Positions 1 through 9,404 of a stretch of DNA of 64,000 nt are shown one piece after another. Location of the stretch: positions 72,373 through 136,372 of the forward strand of contig JAPOXW010000027.1 of NCBI GenBank assembly GCA_026706895.1, written 5' to 3'. Positions within the stretch are counted from its first letter, which is position 1, and every line of letters begins with the position of its first letter. The notes under the pieces were generated by a model, which saw only the letters and a list, made by a program, of their open reading frames with translations, was not told the DNA's origin and ran no database searches. Source of the DNA: Gammaproteobacteria bacterium (lineage in GTDB: Bacteria; Pseudomonadota; Gammaproteobacteria; Poriferisulfidales; Poriferisulfidaceae). Position numbers and translations under genes: made by a program.

Positions 1-291
1 AAGCCCGGCGAAGTACGGGTCAGCGCGGTGGAGGAAAACGAGGAACTCCTGTTCTTCGTCTCCGGCGGCATGCTGGAGGTACAGCCGCACCAAGTCACCG
101 TGCTGTCCGACACTGCCATGCGAGGAGCGGATTTGGACGAGGCGAAGGCCGAAGAAGCCAAGAAACGGGCCGAGCAGGCACTGTCCGACCGCAAAGCTGA
201 TTTCGACGAGGCCCGAGCCTTGGCGGAGTTGGCCGAAGCCGCGGCACAGCTGCAAATGATCCAGAAACTGCGCAAGACCGGCCGCGGCTGA
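1..291 (+). CDS. atpC: ATP synthase F1 epsilon subunit (5'-truncated at window edge)
   Basis: The ORF runs in from the window start. The C-terminal helical region (LSDTAM...[14 protein letters not shown]...) is typical of epsilon subunits, and glmU-glmS follow as at the end of the atp operon in gammaproteobacteria. Confidence 0.8.
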   Translation, partial: KPGEVRVSAVEENEELLFFVSGGMLEVQPHQVTVLSDTAMRGADLDEAKAEEAKKRAEQALSDRKADFDEARALAELAEAAAQLQMIQKLRKTGRG

Positions 292-339
292 TTCCCGGGG
301 GCGTAAAATGCCCCCGTTACTATAGATATCGGTTATCTC

Positions 340-1707
340 ATGGGAACCGAAGCTGTCATTCTTGCCGGAGGCATCGGCAAACGCCTAGCGCAAGCCGTAC
401 CGAAACCCCTGCTCGACCTGTGCGGGAGGCCCCTGCTCGGGCACGTCATGGAAACGGCCGCGGCCGCGGCGGACAAGATTCATGTCGTGTACGGCCCCCA
501 GTTGGCGGAGCCGCTTGCCGGGCTGGAAGAGACATCTTCGATCCCTTTCGCGTCTCACCTGCAGCCTGAGCCCCGCGGCACAGCCGACGCACTCGGCTGC
601 GCCCTTCCGGCGATAGAAGATTCCGCCACCGTGATCGTGCTGTGCGCGGATGTCCCGCTGCTGCAACCCGACACCCTCGCCCAGCTGCTGTCCGCCCGCC
701 CCGAGACTGGCCTCGCGCTTCTGACCATGCGCCAAAGCGACAGCCAGCTTGGGCGGATCGTGCGCGGCAATGACGGGCAGGTTCTCGCCATCCGGGAACA
801 CGCCGACGCCACGGAAGAGGAACGCCGTATTGACGAATGCAATACCGGCGTGATGGCGGCAAGCGCGGGACAGTTCCGCGAATGGTGCGCGCGCACCACC
901 GACCGAAACGCCCAAGGGGAGTTCTACCTGACCGACTGCATCGCCGAAGCGGTGCAAGACGGAATCCCCATTGAAACCCGGGAATGCAACCCGATTGAGG
1001 GTCTTGGCGTCAACACGATGCGGGAATTCGCCGTGGTGGCAGAACATTGGCAACAGCAGGCGCGTGAGCGGCTGATGGCGCAAGGCGCCCTGATGGAAGC
1101 GCCCGACACGGTGTGGCTGTCGGCGGGAATGGCACTGGAAGAAGGCGCGGTGGTTCGCATCGGGCCGCATGTCGTATTCCGGGGGTCGGTCCAGTTGGCC
1201 GATGGGATCGATATCGGTCCGTACACGCTGCTGAGAAACTGCAAAATCGGCGCCGATACCAAAATTGAGCCTTTCACCGTCATAGAGGCAGCCCAAGTCG
1301 GTGCACGTTGCCGCATCGGACCCTACGCACGAATCCGACCGGAAACCGAGCTGGCCGAAGGCGTGCAGATCGGGAATTTCGTCGAAGTCAAGAAATCCCG
1401 AATCGGTGAGGGCACCAAGGTCAACCACCTATCGTACGTCGGCGACAGCGAGGTCGGCCGCAGCGTCAACCTCGGGGCGGGCACCATCACCTGCAACTAC
1501 GACGGGGCGCACAAGCACACGACCGTGATCGGGGACGATGTCTTCGTAGGGTCCGGCACCCAGTTGATCGCCCCCGTCAGCATTGGCACCGGCGCGACCA
1601 TCGGGGCCGGCTCGACCATTACCCGGGACACCCCGCCCGGAGAATTGACCCTGTCTCGCAGCAAGCAGAAGACGCACCAGGGCTGGAAGCGTCCGCAGAA
1701 AGACTGA
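340..1707 (+). CDS. glmU: Bifunctional GlcNAc-1-P uridyltransferase / GlcN-1-P acetyltransferase
   Basis: 455 aa. N-terminal nucleotidyltransferase motif (ILAGGIGKRL) and C-terminal left-handed beta-helix hexapeptide repeats. Sits directly upstream of glmS. Confidence 0.93.
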   Translation: MGTEAVILAGGIGKRLAQAVPKPLLDLCGRPLLGHVMETAAAAADKIHVVYGPQLAEPLAGLEETSSIPFASHLQPEPRGTADALGCALPAIEDSATVIVLCADVPLLQPDTLAQLLSARPETGLALLTMRQSDSQLGRIVRGNDGQVLAIREHADATEEERRIDECNTGVMAASAGQFREWCARTTDRNAQGEFYLTDCIAEAVQDGIPIETRECNPIEGLGVNTMREFAVVAEHWQQQARERLMAQGALMEAPDTVWLSAGMALEEGAVVRIGPHVVFRGSVQLADGIDIGPYTLLRNCKIGADTKIEPFTVIEAAQVGARCRIGPYARIRPETELAEGVQIGNFVEVKKSRIGEGTKVNHLSYVGDSEVGRSVNLGAGTITCNYDGAHKHTTVIGDDVFVGSGTQLIAPVSIGTGATIGAGSTITRDTPPGELTLSRSKQKTHQGWKRPQKD

Positions 1708-3542
1708 TGTGCGGAATCGTCGGTGCGGCGGCTCGTCAGGACGTGACATCCGCGTTGCTGGAAGGCCTGAAACGTCTGGAATATCGGGGTTATGATTCCG
1801 CCGGAATCGCTGTGCTCAACGACCACGGCCTGCAGCGTCTGCGCTGCAACGGCAAGGTCGCTGAACTGGTGCAGGAAACCGAATCGACCGGCCTGAGCGG
1901 GCAGGTCGGCATCGCGCATACCCGCTGGGCCACCCATGGCGCGCCCTCGGACCGAAACGCGCATCCTCACGTGGCCGGCATGGACGGGCGCATTGCCGTC
2001 GTACACAACGGGATCATTGAAAACCATGCCGCCCTGAGAAAGCAGCAGCAGGATCGGGGAATCGCGCACGACTCAGACACCGATTCCGAAATCCTGGCCT
2101 GCCAAATTGCCGGGCATCTAAGCGCACAGAATGGCTTGCTAGATGCGGTTCGGGCGGCCGTGGACGAAGTGGAGGGAAGCTTCGCGTTTGGCGTGATCGA
2201 CCGCGAGGACCCAGAGCGAATCATCGGTGCCCGCCGTGGCAGTCCACTGGTTGTAGGGCATGGCGACAGCGGTTACTACCTGGCTTCCGACCCGTTGGCG
2301 CTGGCGGAAGTCTCATCCCAGTACTGCCTGCTGCAGAACGGCGACATCGTGATGATCAGCGAAGGGGAAGCCGTGGTCTGGAACGGGAGCGAAACGGTGG
2401 TCCGGGAGTGGCGGGAATTCCAGGGCACGGAAGTGCAAAGCGGGCTCGGCGACTACGAGCATCACATGCAGAAAGAGATCTTTGAGCAGCCGGATGCCGT
2501 GGCGCAGACACTGGAAGGAAGAATCGAAACCGGGCGGGTCGACGACGGGATTCTCGGCCCGGACGCCGGTACCGTCCTCGATGCAACCCGCGCCGTGCAG
2601 ATCGCCGCCTGCGGAACCAGCTACCACGCCGCGCTGGTGGCGCGCCATTGGCTTGAACGGCATGCGGGAATCCACTGCCAAGTCGAGATCGCCAGCGAAT
2701 TCCGCTACCGCCAGCATGCCCAGGACCCCGGCACCCTGTTCATCGCCATCTCCCAGTCCGGAGAGACGGCGGACACCTTAGCGGCACTGGAGATGGCGAA
2801 TCAGGACCCGAACTACCATGCAACCCTGGCGATCTGCAACGTCGCACACAGTTCCATGGTCCAGGAATCCGACCTGACCCTCCTGACTCACGCCGGACCC
2901 GAGATTGGAGTGGCCTCCACCAAGGCTTTCGTCACGCAATTGACTGCGCTGATGCTGGTGGTGATCCTGCTTGGCCGACGCCGGACACTGGCTCCCGAGG
3001 CGGAATCGGACCTGGTCGCGCAATTGGCCAACCTGCCAACCCGGATCGGCCGGGTGCTTGAATTGGATGCGGGGATCGCGGCCTTGTCGAAACAATTCGC
3101 GAACCGGCACCACGCGTTGTTCCTGGGCCGCGGTTCGCACTATCCGATCGCGATGGAGGGTGCCCTGAAACTGAAGGAGATTTCTTACATCCATGCCGAG
3201 GCCTATGCTGCCGGCGAGCTCAAGCACGGTCCGCTGGCACTGGTGGACGAAGACATGCCCGTGGTGGCGGTCGCACCAAACAACCGCCTACTGGAGAAGC
3301 TCAAGAGCAACTTGGAAGAAGTGCGCGCGCGGGGCGGACGTTTGTACGTATTTGCGGACCGACGTTCAGGATTCCAGAGTGACGATTTGATGACCGTGTT
3401 CGAGCTGGATGCGCCAGAAAACGCGGTGGCACCGATACTGTTTACGGTCCCGCTGCAGTTGCTGGCATACCACTGCGCCAAAATCAAAGAGACCGATATC
3501 GATCAACCCCGCAACCTTGCAAAATCGGTCACGGTTGAATAA
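1707..3542 (+). CDS. glmS: Glutamine--fructose-6-phosphate aminotransferase
   Basis: 611 aa beginning MCGIVG (N-terminal Cys nucleophile) with C-terminal SIS domains. Start overlaps the glmU stop. Confidence 0.95.
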   Translation: MCGIVGAAARQDVTSALLEGLKRLEYRGYDSAGIAVLNDHGLQRLRCNGKVAELVQETESTGLSGQVGIAHTRWATHGAPSDRNAHPHVAGMDGRIAVVHNGIIENHAALRKQQQDRGIAHDSDTDSEILACQIAGHLSAQNGLLDAVRAAVDEVEGSFAFGVIDREDPERIIGARRGSPLVVGHGDSGYYLASDPLALAEVSSQYCLLQNGDIVMISEGEAVVWNGSETVVREWREFQGTEVQSGLGDYEHHMQKEIFEQPDAVAQTLEGRIETGRVDDGILGPDAGTVLDATRAVQIAACGTSYHAALVARHWLERHAGIHCQVEIASEFRYRQHAQDPGTLFIAISQSGETADTLAALEMANQDPNYHATLAICNVAHSSMVQESDLTLLTHAGPEIGVASTKAFVTQLTALMLVVILLGRRRTLAPEAESDLVAQLANLPTRIGRVLELDAGIAALSKQFANRHHALFLGRGSHYPIAMEGALKLKEISYIHAEAYAAGELKHGPLALVDEDMPVVAVAPNNRLLEKLKSNLEEVRARGGRLYVFADRRSGFQSDDLMTVFELDAPENAVAPILFTVPLQLLAYHCAKIKETDIDQPRNLAKSVTVE

Positions 3543-3553
3543 TCGGCAAGGAA

Positions 3554-4003
3554 ATGCTGGACACCAAAATCCCCCCACCGATTGTCGCCATATTTATTGG
3601 TGTCTGCATCTATTTTTCACGGGACTGGCTGCCGCAGTTTGAATCCGACCACCTCTTCTATGCGGGACTAGGCTTTGAGCTTCTAGCCGTCGTGATCAAT
3701 CTCACGGCCATTTTTTCCTTCATCAAGAATAAAACCACGATCAATCCAGTAAAACCCCATACCGCGACCTCGCTGGTGACGACCGGGGTGTTTACATTTT
3801 CCCGAAACCCCATGTACTTGGGGCTGCTGCTGTTCCTTTTCGGTTTTGCGCTTCAAGTCAACGTCATCGGGGGGGTCCCCCTGTTGGTTCTTTTCGTCCT
3901 CTATCTGAACGCGTTTCAAATCCTCCCCGAGGAGCGTGCCATGCTGGAGGTTTTTGGAGATGAATACCGGGAATATATGAAAAAAGTCAGAAGGTGGATG
4001 TAA
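3554..4003 (+). CDS. Membrane methyltransferase family protein (ICMT/PEMT-like)
   Basis: 149 aa with multiple hydrophobic segments and a C-terminal NPMYLG...EE...L..FG.EY motif, as in isoprenylcysteine carboxyl methyltransferase-like proteins. Confidence 0.5.
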   Translation: MLDTKIPPPIVAIFIGVCIYFSRDWLPQFESDHLFYAGLGFELLAVVINLTAIFSFIKNKTTINPVKPHTATSLVTTGVFTFSRNPMYLGLLLFLFGFALQVNVIGGVPLLVLFVLYLNAFQILPEERAMLEVFGDEYREYMKKVRRWM

Positions 4004-4222
4004 GGCGGCAACTAATTGTTGCCCGTTTTTCAAATTTACATAGTCTGTGCAACTGAGTTCCGGATCAGCGAATTTCCTACGGAAGAACTACCTTAGTATT
4101 AACTGCTTTTAACAATTGTTGGCGTTGGTGATTGGCCGAAATAGGCAACTTCTACCGCAGATCGAAAAATTGAAGATGTGCTGAATACACGAAGATAATA
4201 CCCCGCTGTGGGGTAGGCTATC

Positions 4223-4489
4223 TTGGAGTTGATACTGGTATTTATGGGATCCTCGAAATCACTTCACACCTCGCGTTACCAAAAGTTTCTTGTCCGTCTC
4301 CGTCAGGCCAGAGCCGAAGCTGGCATGACACAAGTTGAACTTGCGAAGGCTGTGCGACGCTCGCAAACGTGGGTGTCGAAGTGTGAGTTGGGCGAACGCC
4401 GCGTTGATGCCGTGGAATTAGAAGACATAGCCAAAGCACTCGGGAAACCTATGGAGTGGTTTGGGACCAACGCTGGAGAATCTAAGTGA
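4223..4489 (+). CDS. HTH XRE-family controller (C) protein of the R-M system
   Basis: Small HTH protein (TQVELAKAVRRSQTWVSKCELGERR). Its TGA stop overlaps the GTG start of the next ORF as GTGA. Lies in a low-GC context beside a DNA methyltransferase. Confidence 0.55.
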   Translation: MELILVFMGSSKSLHTSRYQKFLVRLRQARAEAGMTQVELAKAVRRSQTWVSKCELGERRVDAVELEDIAKALGKPMEWFGTNAGESK

Positions 4490-5427
4490 AAACTGACCCT
4501 GCTCAAATTGTGATCCAAGATAACGTCCGCAATATAAAGAAGATGCTATTAGAGTTGATGCTCTATCCACGACGCGATCTGATGAAATGGGCCAGAATTA
4601 CGAAGCAAACACCCAATACGAAAATTGGATACATCGGGCAGCATCTTGCCTCCCTTGTTACGGGTGTTGAGGGAACCAGAACAGGTGCCCGTGGCCATGA
4701 TCTTTCTGATGGTTCCGAAGTAAAATCATGCTCGCGAGTCGATCAACTTGATAAGTGTAATGAGTGCGGTGCCGCAGTGGCTCGTATTGAGGCTGAATGT
4801 CCCAAATGCGGGTCAACTGATGTTAAGCGTAATAACGATTCAAAATGGTTGATCTCCATTAAAAGCCGCCCAGAATTAGATATTTTGCTAAATCATGTTC
4901 CGCGAGTCGTGCTTATACTGAGTGACTATTTGAATTACGAGGAACAAGATTGGGATACTCTACAGTTCCAAGTCTTTGAGATATGGCCCACAGAGGAACG
5001 TCACATCAATTTTAAGAAGCTAATGGAAAATTATTTGTATCGAATATATGAACCGCACATTGAACAGGACCCAAGTAAGACTCCCGCCCCCAAAAATCTT
5101 TGGCCCTATTCATTCCAGTTTTTCATGTGTAATCCCATACGCACGTTCCACTGCATAGCGAAAAATGTTTTGGAAGATCCCCAGCTTGAGGTTTTGGAGT
5201 ACGTTGAACCTTTGACAGACCGAACGACAATTGAACCTATACTGATGCCTTTGTCTGCGCTCAATGACGGCGAAAAAGAACATCTGCACCAATGTATGGG
5301 CGATCATGCTTATGCTTTAGCTGAAAAAAATGGATTGAGCGCTCAACAGCGCTTGAGTTTACTGACACTTCGCGATACTGATTATGCTTCACCCCAGCAG
5401 TCGTCATACCAACGCGGCGTCCGCTGA
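4486..5427 (+). CDS. Putative type II restriction endonuclease
   Basis: 313 aa, translationally coupled to the C protein and convergent with the N6-adenine methyltransferase. Contains a C-x2-C...C-x2-C zinc-ribbon (CNECG...CPKCG). AT-rich codon usage. No family recognised by eye. Confidence 0.4.
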   Translation: MKTDPAQIVIQDNVRNIKKMLLELMLYPRRDLMKWARITKQTPNTKIGYIGQHLASLVTGVEGTRTGARGHDLSDGSEVKSCSRVDQLDKCNECGAAVARIEAECPKCGSTDVKRNNDSKWLISIKSRPELDILLNHVPRVVLILSDYLNYEEQDWDTLQFQVFEIWPTEERHINFKKLMENYLYRIYEPHIEQDPSKTPAPKNLWPYSFQFFMCNPIRTFHCIAKNVLEDPQLEVLEYVEPLTDRTTIEPILMPLSALNDGEKEHLHQCMGDHAYALAEKNGLSAQQRLSLLTLRDTDYASPQQSSYQRGVR

Positions 5428-7311
5428 TTTCAGCAATTTTGAAGCCTCTGTAGTCACCGAGTTCAGTTGAAATGCGAGATCTGCTTCCTTGCGTAGTAGA
5501 TTAGCCACTTCAGTTAGGTCCCGGTGTGGAGATCGTAGATCACAAGGAACTGCGACCTGTAGCAAATCACTTGGGTTGAGGTGCGCGGTTTGCCCACGCA
5601 CACATGCCTGTATATATTTGCGTATGTTTGGATGGCGTAGAACTGCAAGTAAAACAAAAGGATCAACATCTCTAGCTGGCCGAAGTCTAATCATCTCACC
5701 CACAAATGTCACTTCTTTGTAATTCTTTGGAATGTGGGCAACAATGTCCACTTTTTTGGCAATATAGCGCGCCGCATGAGCAGACGAAGTAAGCAAAATA
5801 TCTCCCTTCTGCAAGCTTAAGTTTTGACTCCTGCTACGTTTCGCGCCCTCTACATGCGAGACAAAATTTCGGTCCCGGGGTTCCCAATCAATACCGTGTC
5901 CAGTTAAATTGCCTACCTTCAGTATAAATACTCCATCATCAGTGTATGCGCTTCTACTGGGTGTCCGACCAGTATTTGCCAAATCAACGTATTCCTGCAG
6001 TTCCTTTCCTGCTTGGTTATCATTGCGTCGAAACAAATAGTCGGCGGCGCGTTGGAGGGTTTCCGTCGGTGAAATGTCCGAATAGGTGCTCAACGCTGGT
6101 TCACTAGTTGAATCTATTTCAGTTAATTTTGCCGCTAGTTCGGGCAATTGGCTTGATTCTCTATGCCGGCCAGTTGAGTCAAAGCCAACGTTTGTTATAT
6201 GGCATACGCGGACAGAAACGGCTTTATCCGACCGTTTCTCTGAATGTTTTCGGAAGAATGCTGCAACGGTTGTAGTTTGAGCCCCCGTAGCCGCAAAAGT
6301 CTCAGATGGAAGATCAATGATTGCTGTTAGGTAACCAAGTTGGTCGATTTCAGCTCGTTGTCTACTAATTCGTTCATTCGTGATTACACTTCTAGGTAAT
6401 ATGATTCCAAGCCTACCTCCAGGGCGAAGCAGTCGCAGACATAGTTCAATGAAAAGTATCTCACTAGGGATTTTGATTCTTTCTTGAGTCGCGCCTACCC
6501 CACCAGCATCAAAAAGATCTAAAGTTCCAGAATTGCGAGTTATCGTTACGCCAAATGGTGGATTCGTCAGAATTACATCAATTGAATTTGGTGCCAAACC
6601 TAGGGGAGATGCTTTAGGCCTGCCAAGTTCCCGAAGAGAATCGGCACAGGTTCTATGAAATGAAAGATCAGATCTGTACCCTAAGTTGTGGTCAGCAAGA
6701 AGAAGCATTCGAGGGTTTTTTTCCACACCATATATGGTTGGTGGCTCTTGTGGCGGCTGTCTGAGTGAAAAAAAACGTGCCACTTCAAGCAAGAATGTCC
6801 CTGTACCGCACGCTGGGTCCAGTACAGTTTCATATGGCTTCGGTTCTAGAATCTCAACCATAGAGCGTGCAACTTCTTCAGGGGTGGTAAATATACCTAG
6901 ACCTTTCCGTGAATCAGGGCTTAGGAAAGTTCTTAATGCAGCACTACGGACATCAAGAGATAGGTCGTTCAATTGAACATCAGAAAATAGTTTCTGAAGA
7001 TCCAACAATGTTGTGTCGGATATATTAAATTTCCCTCCCGGCCAAAGTTGCAGAGCCCAAGGCGCGTGAGTAGACAATTTTTCTGAAAAAATCTCGCGAA
7101 TCGATTGAGCAATCTCTTGGGTTGGTTTTCCCAACTCACCCACATCTCTTTGTGTTACCGCATCCGCATGATCTTTATAAAAAAGGAATTTTAGAAGTTC
7201 ATCAAATGCTTCTTGGGGCAGGAGACCTTCAATATCACGCATACGATCGTGGGCTTTCCTATAAAGTAGGCCAAGCGCGCGACTATTCATTTTTGGACCA
7301 CCATAATCCAA
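5404..7311 (-). CDS. N6-adenine DNA methyltransferase (gamma-class, type II R-M)
   Basis: 635 aa. Motif I is LDPACGTGTFL (AdoMet binding) and motif IV is ILTNPPFG (NPPF catalytic). The C-terminal ~300 aa would be the target-recognition domain. AT-rich. Confidence 0.85.
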   Translation of the reverse strand: MDYGGPKMNSRALGLLYRKAHDRMRDIEGLLPQEAFDELLKFLFYKDHADAVTQRDVGELGKPTQEIAQSIREIFSEKLSTHAPWALQLWPGGKFNISDTTLLDLQKLFSDVQLNDLSLDVRSAALRTFLSPDSRKGLGIFTTPEEVARSMVEILEPKPYETVLDPACGTGTFLLEVARFFSLRQPPQEPPTIYGVEKNPRMLLLADHNLGYRSDLSFHRTCADSLRELGRPKASPLGLAPNSIDVILTNPPFGVTITRNSGTLDLFDAGGVGATQERIKIPSEILFIELCLRLLRPGGRLGIILPRSVITNERISRQRAEIDQLGYLTAIIDLPSETFAATGAQTTTVAAFFRKHSEKRSDKAVSVRVCHITNVGFDSTGRHRESSQLPELAAKLTEIDSTSEPALSTYSDISPTETLQRAADYLFRRNDNQAGKELQEYVDLANTGRTPSRSAYTDDGVFILKVGNLTGHGIDWEPRDRNFVSHVEGAKRSRSQNLSLQKGDILLTSSAHAARYIAKKVDIVAHIPKNYKEVTFVGEMIRLRPARDVDPFVLLAVLRHPNIRKYIQACVRGQTAHLNPSDLLQVAVPCDLRSPHRDLTEVANLLRKEADLAFQLNSVTTEASKLLKSADAALV

Positions 7312-7599
7312 GGATACTTCATTTCGTAGGACAATTTATGCGGATATGTATTTTTGGGGCCGAAAGACAAAAAATTAAGTATCAACATCCAACTCGTTGG
7401 GCGCCCAACCAAAAAAAACAGCAATTTAATCCAACTTTTGTCTATCATTATGGGTCCTTTCTCGTGCCCGCAGTAGATTTATGGCAGAAAAGACGTAAAC
7501 ATATCAAGTATTGTAGTACGCACCTTATTTTTAGCTCTACATAACACCTAGAAAGGAAAATAATTGCTGGCAAATCAGATAAATAAACAAAAATCAGTC

Positions 7600-8283
7600 T
7601 CAAGGCATTGGCACATATTCCCAATTGTTAGATTGTTCTGCAGCAGCAGCTCTCTCCTCATCGGTCATCTCTTCTTCTATGCCCCGGATCAAATCTCTGA
7701 TCTCTTTCCGCGTAATCGCACACTGCGCATGGCTCGTTTCGCGATAAAGCGTCCGAGAATCCGTATCACATGCCTCGATCATCTTGAATTCCGAGAGTTT
7801 CCGCACATTGTCGGCAAGCAGCCAGGCGCGAACGATGTCGTAGCGTACGCCGCTGCCTTTCCAGTAATGGCGGGCAAGAAAATAGCGGGCAGCCAGAGCA
7901 TCGTCCCACTGCCGGAAGAACCCGCGCCGATCGGACAATCCAACCAGAATTGCAAGACCCATGCCGTCCCGTTCGGCAAACTGGGCCGCTGCCTTCCGGT
8001 ACCAGTCGACCGCCACCGTATCATCCCGCGCCACGCCTTCACCTAGTTCGTGGAACATGCCCATCCGCAACTGCGCCCACGGGAACCCCTTTTCCGCCGC
8101 TTCCCGGGCAATCACCAGCGCCGACTCCATCTCGTCCTCACGCCACAGGATATCGACCTCCGCCTCGCCGGGATTGGCTTCCAGCGCCCGCGCAGGCGCC
8201 TCCATGACTCCGGCGGTGCAACCAGCCACCAGTGACGCCCAAAGCATCAGGAGGATTGTTCGAGATCCTAAAGACGCGGACAT
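7600..8283 (-). CDS. Sel1/TPR-like repeat lipoprotein
   Basis: Signal peptide with lipobox LVAGC. Repeated W/Y..A...G motifs typical of Sel1-like repeats. Confidence 0.5.
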   Translation of the reverse strand: MSASLGSRTILLMLWASLVAGCTAGVMEAPARALEANPGEAEVDILWREDEMESALVIAREAAEKGFPWAQLRMGMFHELGEGVARDDTVAVDWYRKAAAQFAERDGMGLAILVGLSDRRGFFRQWDDALAARYFLARHYWKGSGVRYDIVRAWLLADNVRKLSEFKMIEACDTDSRTLYRETSHAQCAITRKEIRDLIRGIEEEMTDEERAAAAEQSNNWEYVPMP

Positions 8284-8322
8284 GATTGTTCGGGCAGAAA
8301 ACGCCCGGGGCCGAAAGGAGGG

Positions 8323-8751
8323 CTAGCTCCGGTAGGCCTGTTCGATGGCTTCTTGCCGGTTCTTCTCTTCTGCGCTGAATGCGGCAGTGGGGCGAAGCAG
8401 CAAACGTTCGATCCCGATCGGCGCGCCGGTCGCCTCGCAATAACCGTAAGAGCCGTCTTCGATCCGTCGAAGCGCTTCTTCAATCTTTGGCAACAACTTC
8501 GAATCCCGATTGAGTGCGCGCACCTTCAGGTTGATGTCTTCCTCGACAGAGGCACGATCCAGCTCGTCGCATTCCCGGTGCTCTTCGGACAGCTCCGCCT
8601 TGGCGCGTTCCAGCCGAACGCCCAATTCCTTGCGCAGATCAAGCAGGCGCTGCCGGAAGAATTCCAGCTGCTCGCCGTTCATGTAATCCTTGCGCGGCGC
8701 ACGAAGCAGTTGCTTTTCGGTAAGCATTTTCAAGACTCTTCCTGTGTTCAT
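8323..8751 (-). CDS. dksA: RNA polymerase-binding transcription factor DksA (Cys-poor variant)
   Basis: 142 aa. Aligns with E. coli DksA: DYMNGEQLEFFRQRL matches EYMNEAQLAHFRRIL, and the coiled-coil tip (DELDRA) is present. Only one of the four zinc-finger cysteines is retained (GYCEATG...AFSAEE). Confidence 0.8.
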   Translation of the reverse strand: MNTGRVLKMLTEKQLLRAPRKDYMNGEQLEFFRQRLLDLRKELGVRLERAKAELSEEHRECDELDRASVEEDINLKVRALNRDSKLLPKIEEALRRIEDGSYGYCEATGAPIGIERLLLRPTAAFSAEEKNRQEAIEQAYRS

Positions 8752-8831
8752 GTGATTCAGGTGTTTTGCTGGAAGCCTATTTTACTTCTTGCCGCGATCC
8801 GCGCAAAACACCGCTTGGCAGAAAATACTTC

Positions 8832-9404
8832 TCAGGTCACCGCTTCTGCCGCCTGTGGCCGCAGCAGCGCAGCTTCCACTTCGGCACGCACCTCGGACCC
8901 CTTGAGCGTCTCGATCAGGGTCAATGCAAAGTCAAGCGCCGTACCCGGCCCGCGCGAGGTGATGACCGGACCGTCGACTTCCACCGGCGAACCGGTGAAC
9001 ACGACCTCGCCATAATCTTCCGCATTGATACAGCCCGGGTAGCAGGTCGCCCTGCGTCCGTCCAGCAGGCGGCTGCTTGCCAGGACTTTCGGAGCCGCGC
9101 AGATTGCCGCCACGGCACGGTCCTGGTCGACCTGGCTTCGAAGCAATTCGTGAATGCGGGGATCCGCATCCAGGTGATCAGCCCCGGGCAGGCCGCCGGG
9201 GAGCACCACCATATCAAAGGTTTCGCCCATCGCCTCGTCCAGCGTCGTATCCGGGACAAGTTTGGTCCCGCGCGAGGCCGTTACCGCGCCATCGCTAAGG
9301 CCGGCAGTGACGACTTCGACCCCCGCACGGCGGAGAAGGTCGATCAGGGTGACCGCTTCAAGTTCTTCGCAACCATCCGCCAGCGGAATCAGGACCCGGC
9401 TCAT
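8832..9404 (-). CDS. DJ-1/PfpI family protein (YajL-like)
   Basis: 190 aa with AICAAP nucleophile-elbow cysteine. Start ATG overlaps the ctp stop. Confidence 0.8.
   Translation of the reverse strand: MSRVLIPLADGCEELEAVTLIDLLRRAGVEVVTAGLSDGAVTASRGTKLVPDTTLDEAMGETFDMVVLPGGLPGADHLDADPRIHELLRSQVDQDRAVAAICAAPKVLASSRLLDGRRATCYPGCINAEDYGEVVFTGSPVEVDGPVITSRGPGTALDFALTLIETLKGSEVRAEVEAALLRPQAAEAVT

Noticed and set aside
385-1428. Long antisense ORFs inside glmU (347 aa) and similar ones inside glmS, the SSS transporter (26563-27822), the acidic-protein/lipoprotein genes (47692-48789) and the FGE gene (50264-51124)
   Set aside because: High-GC genomes generate long stop-free antisense frames. These have Arg/Pro/Gly-rich low-complexity translations and no start or RBS context, and the opposite strand has clear homology-supported genes.
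7122-7544. 140-aa ORF in the AT-rich spacer after the methyltransferase gene
   Set aside because: It overlaps the methyltransferase 5' end and promoter region, has no RBS, and its translation is low-complexity. This is probably non-coding island flank.
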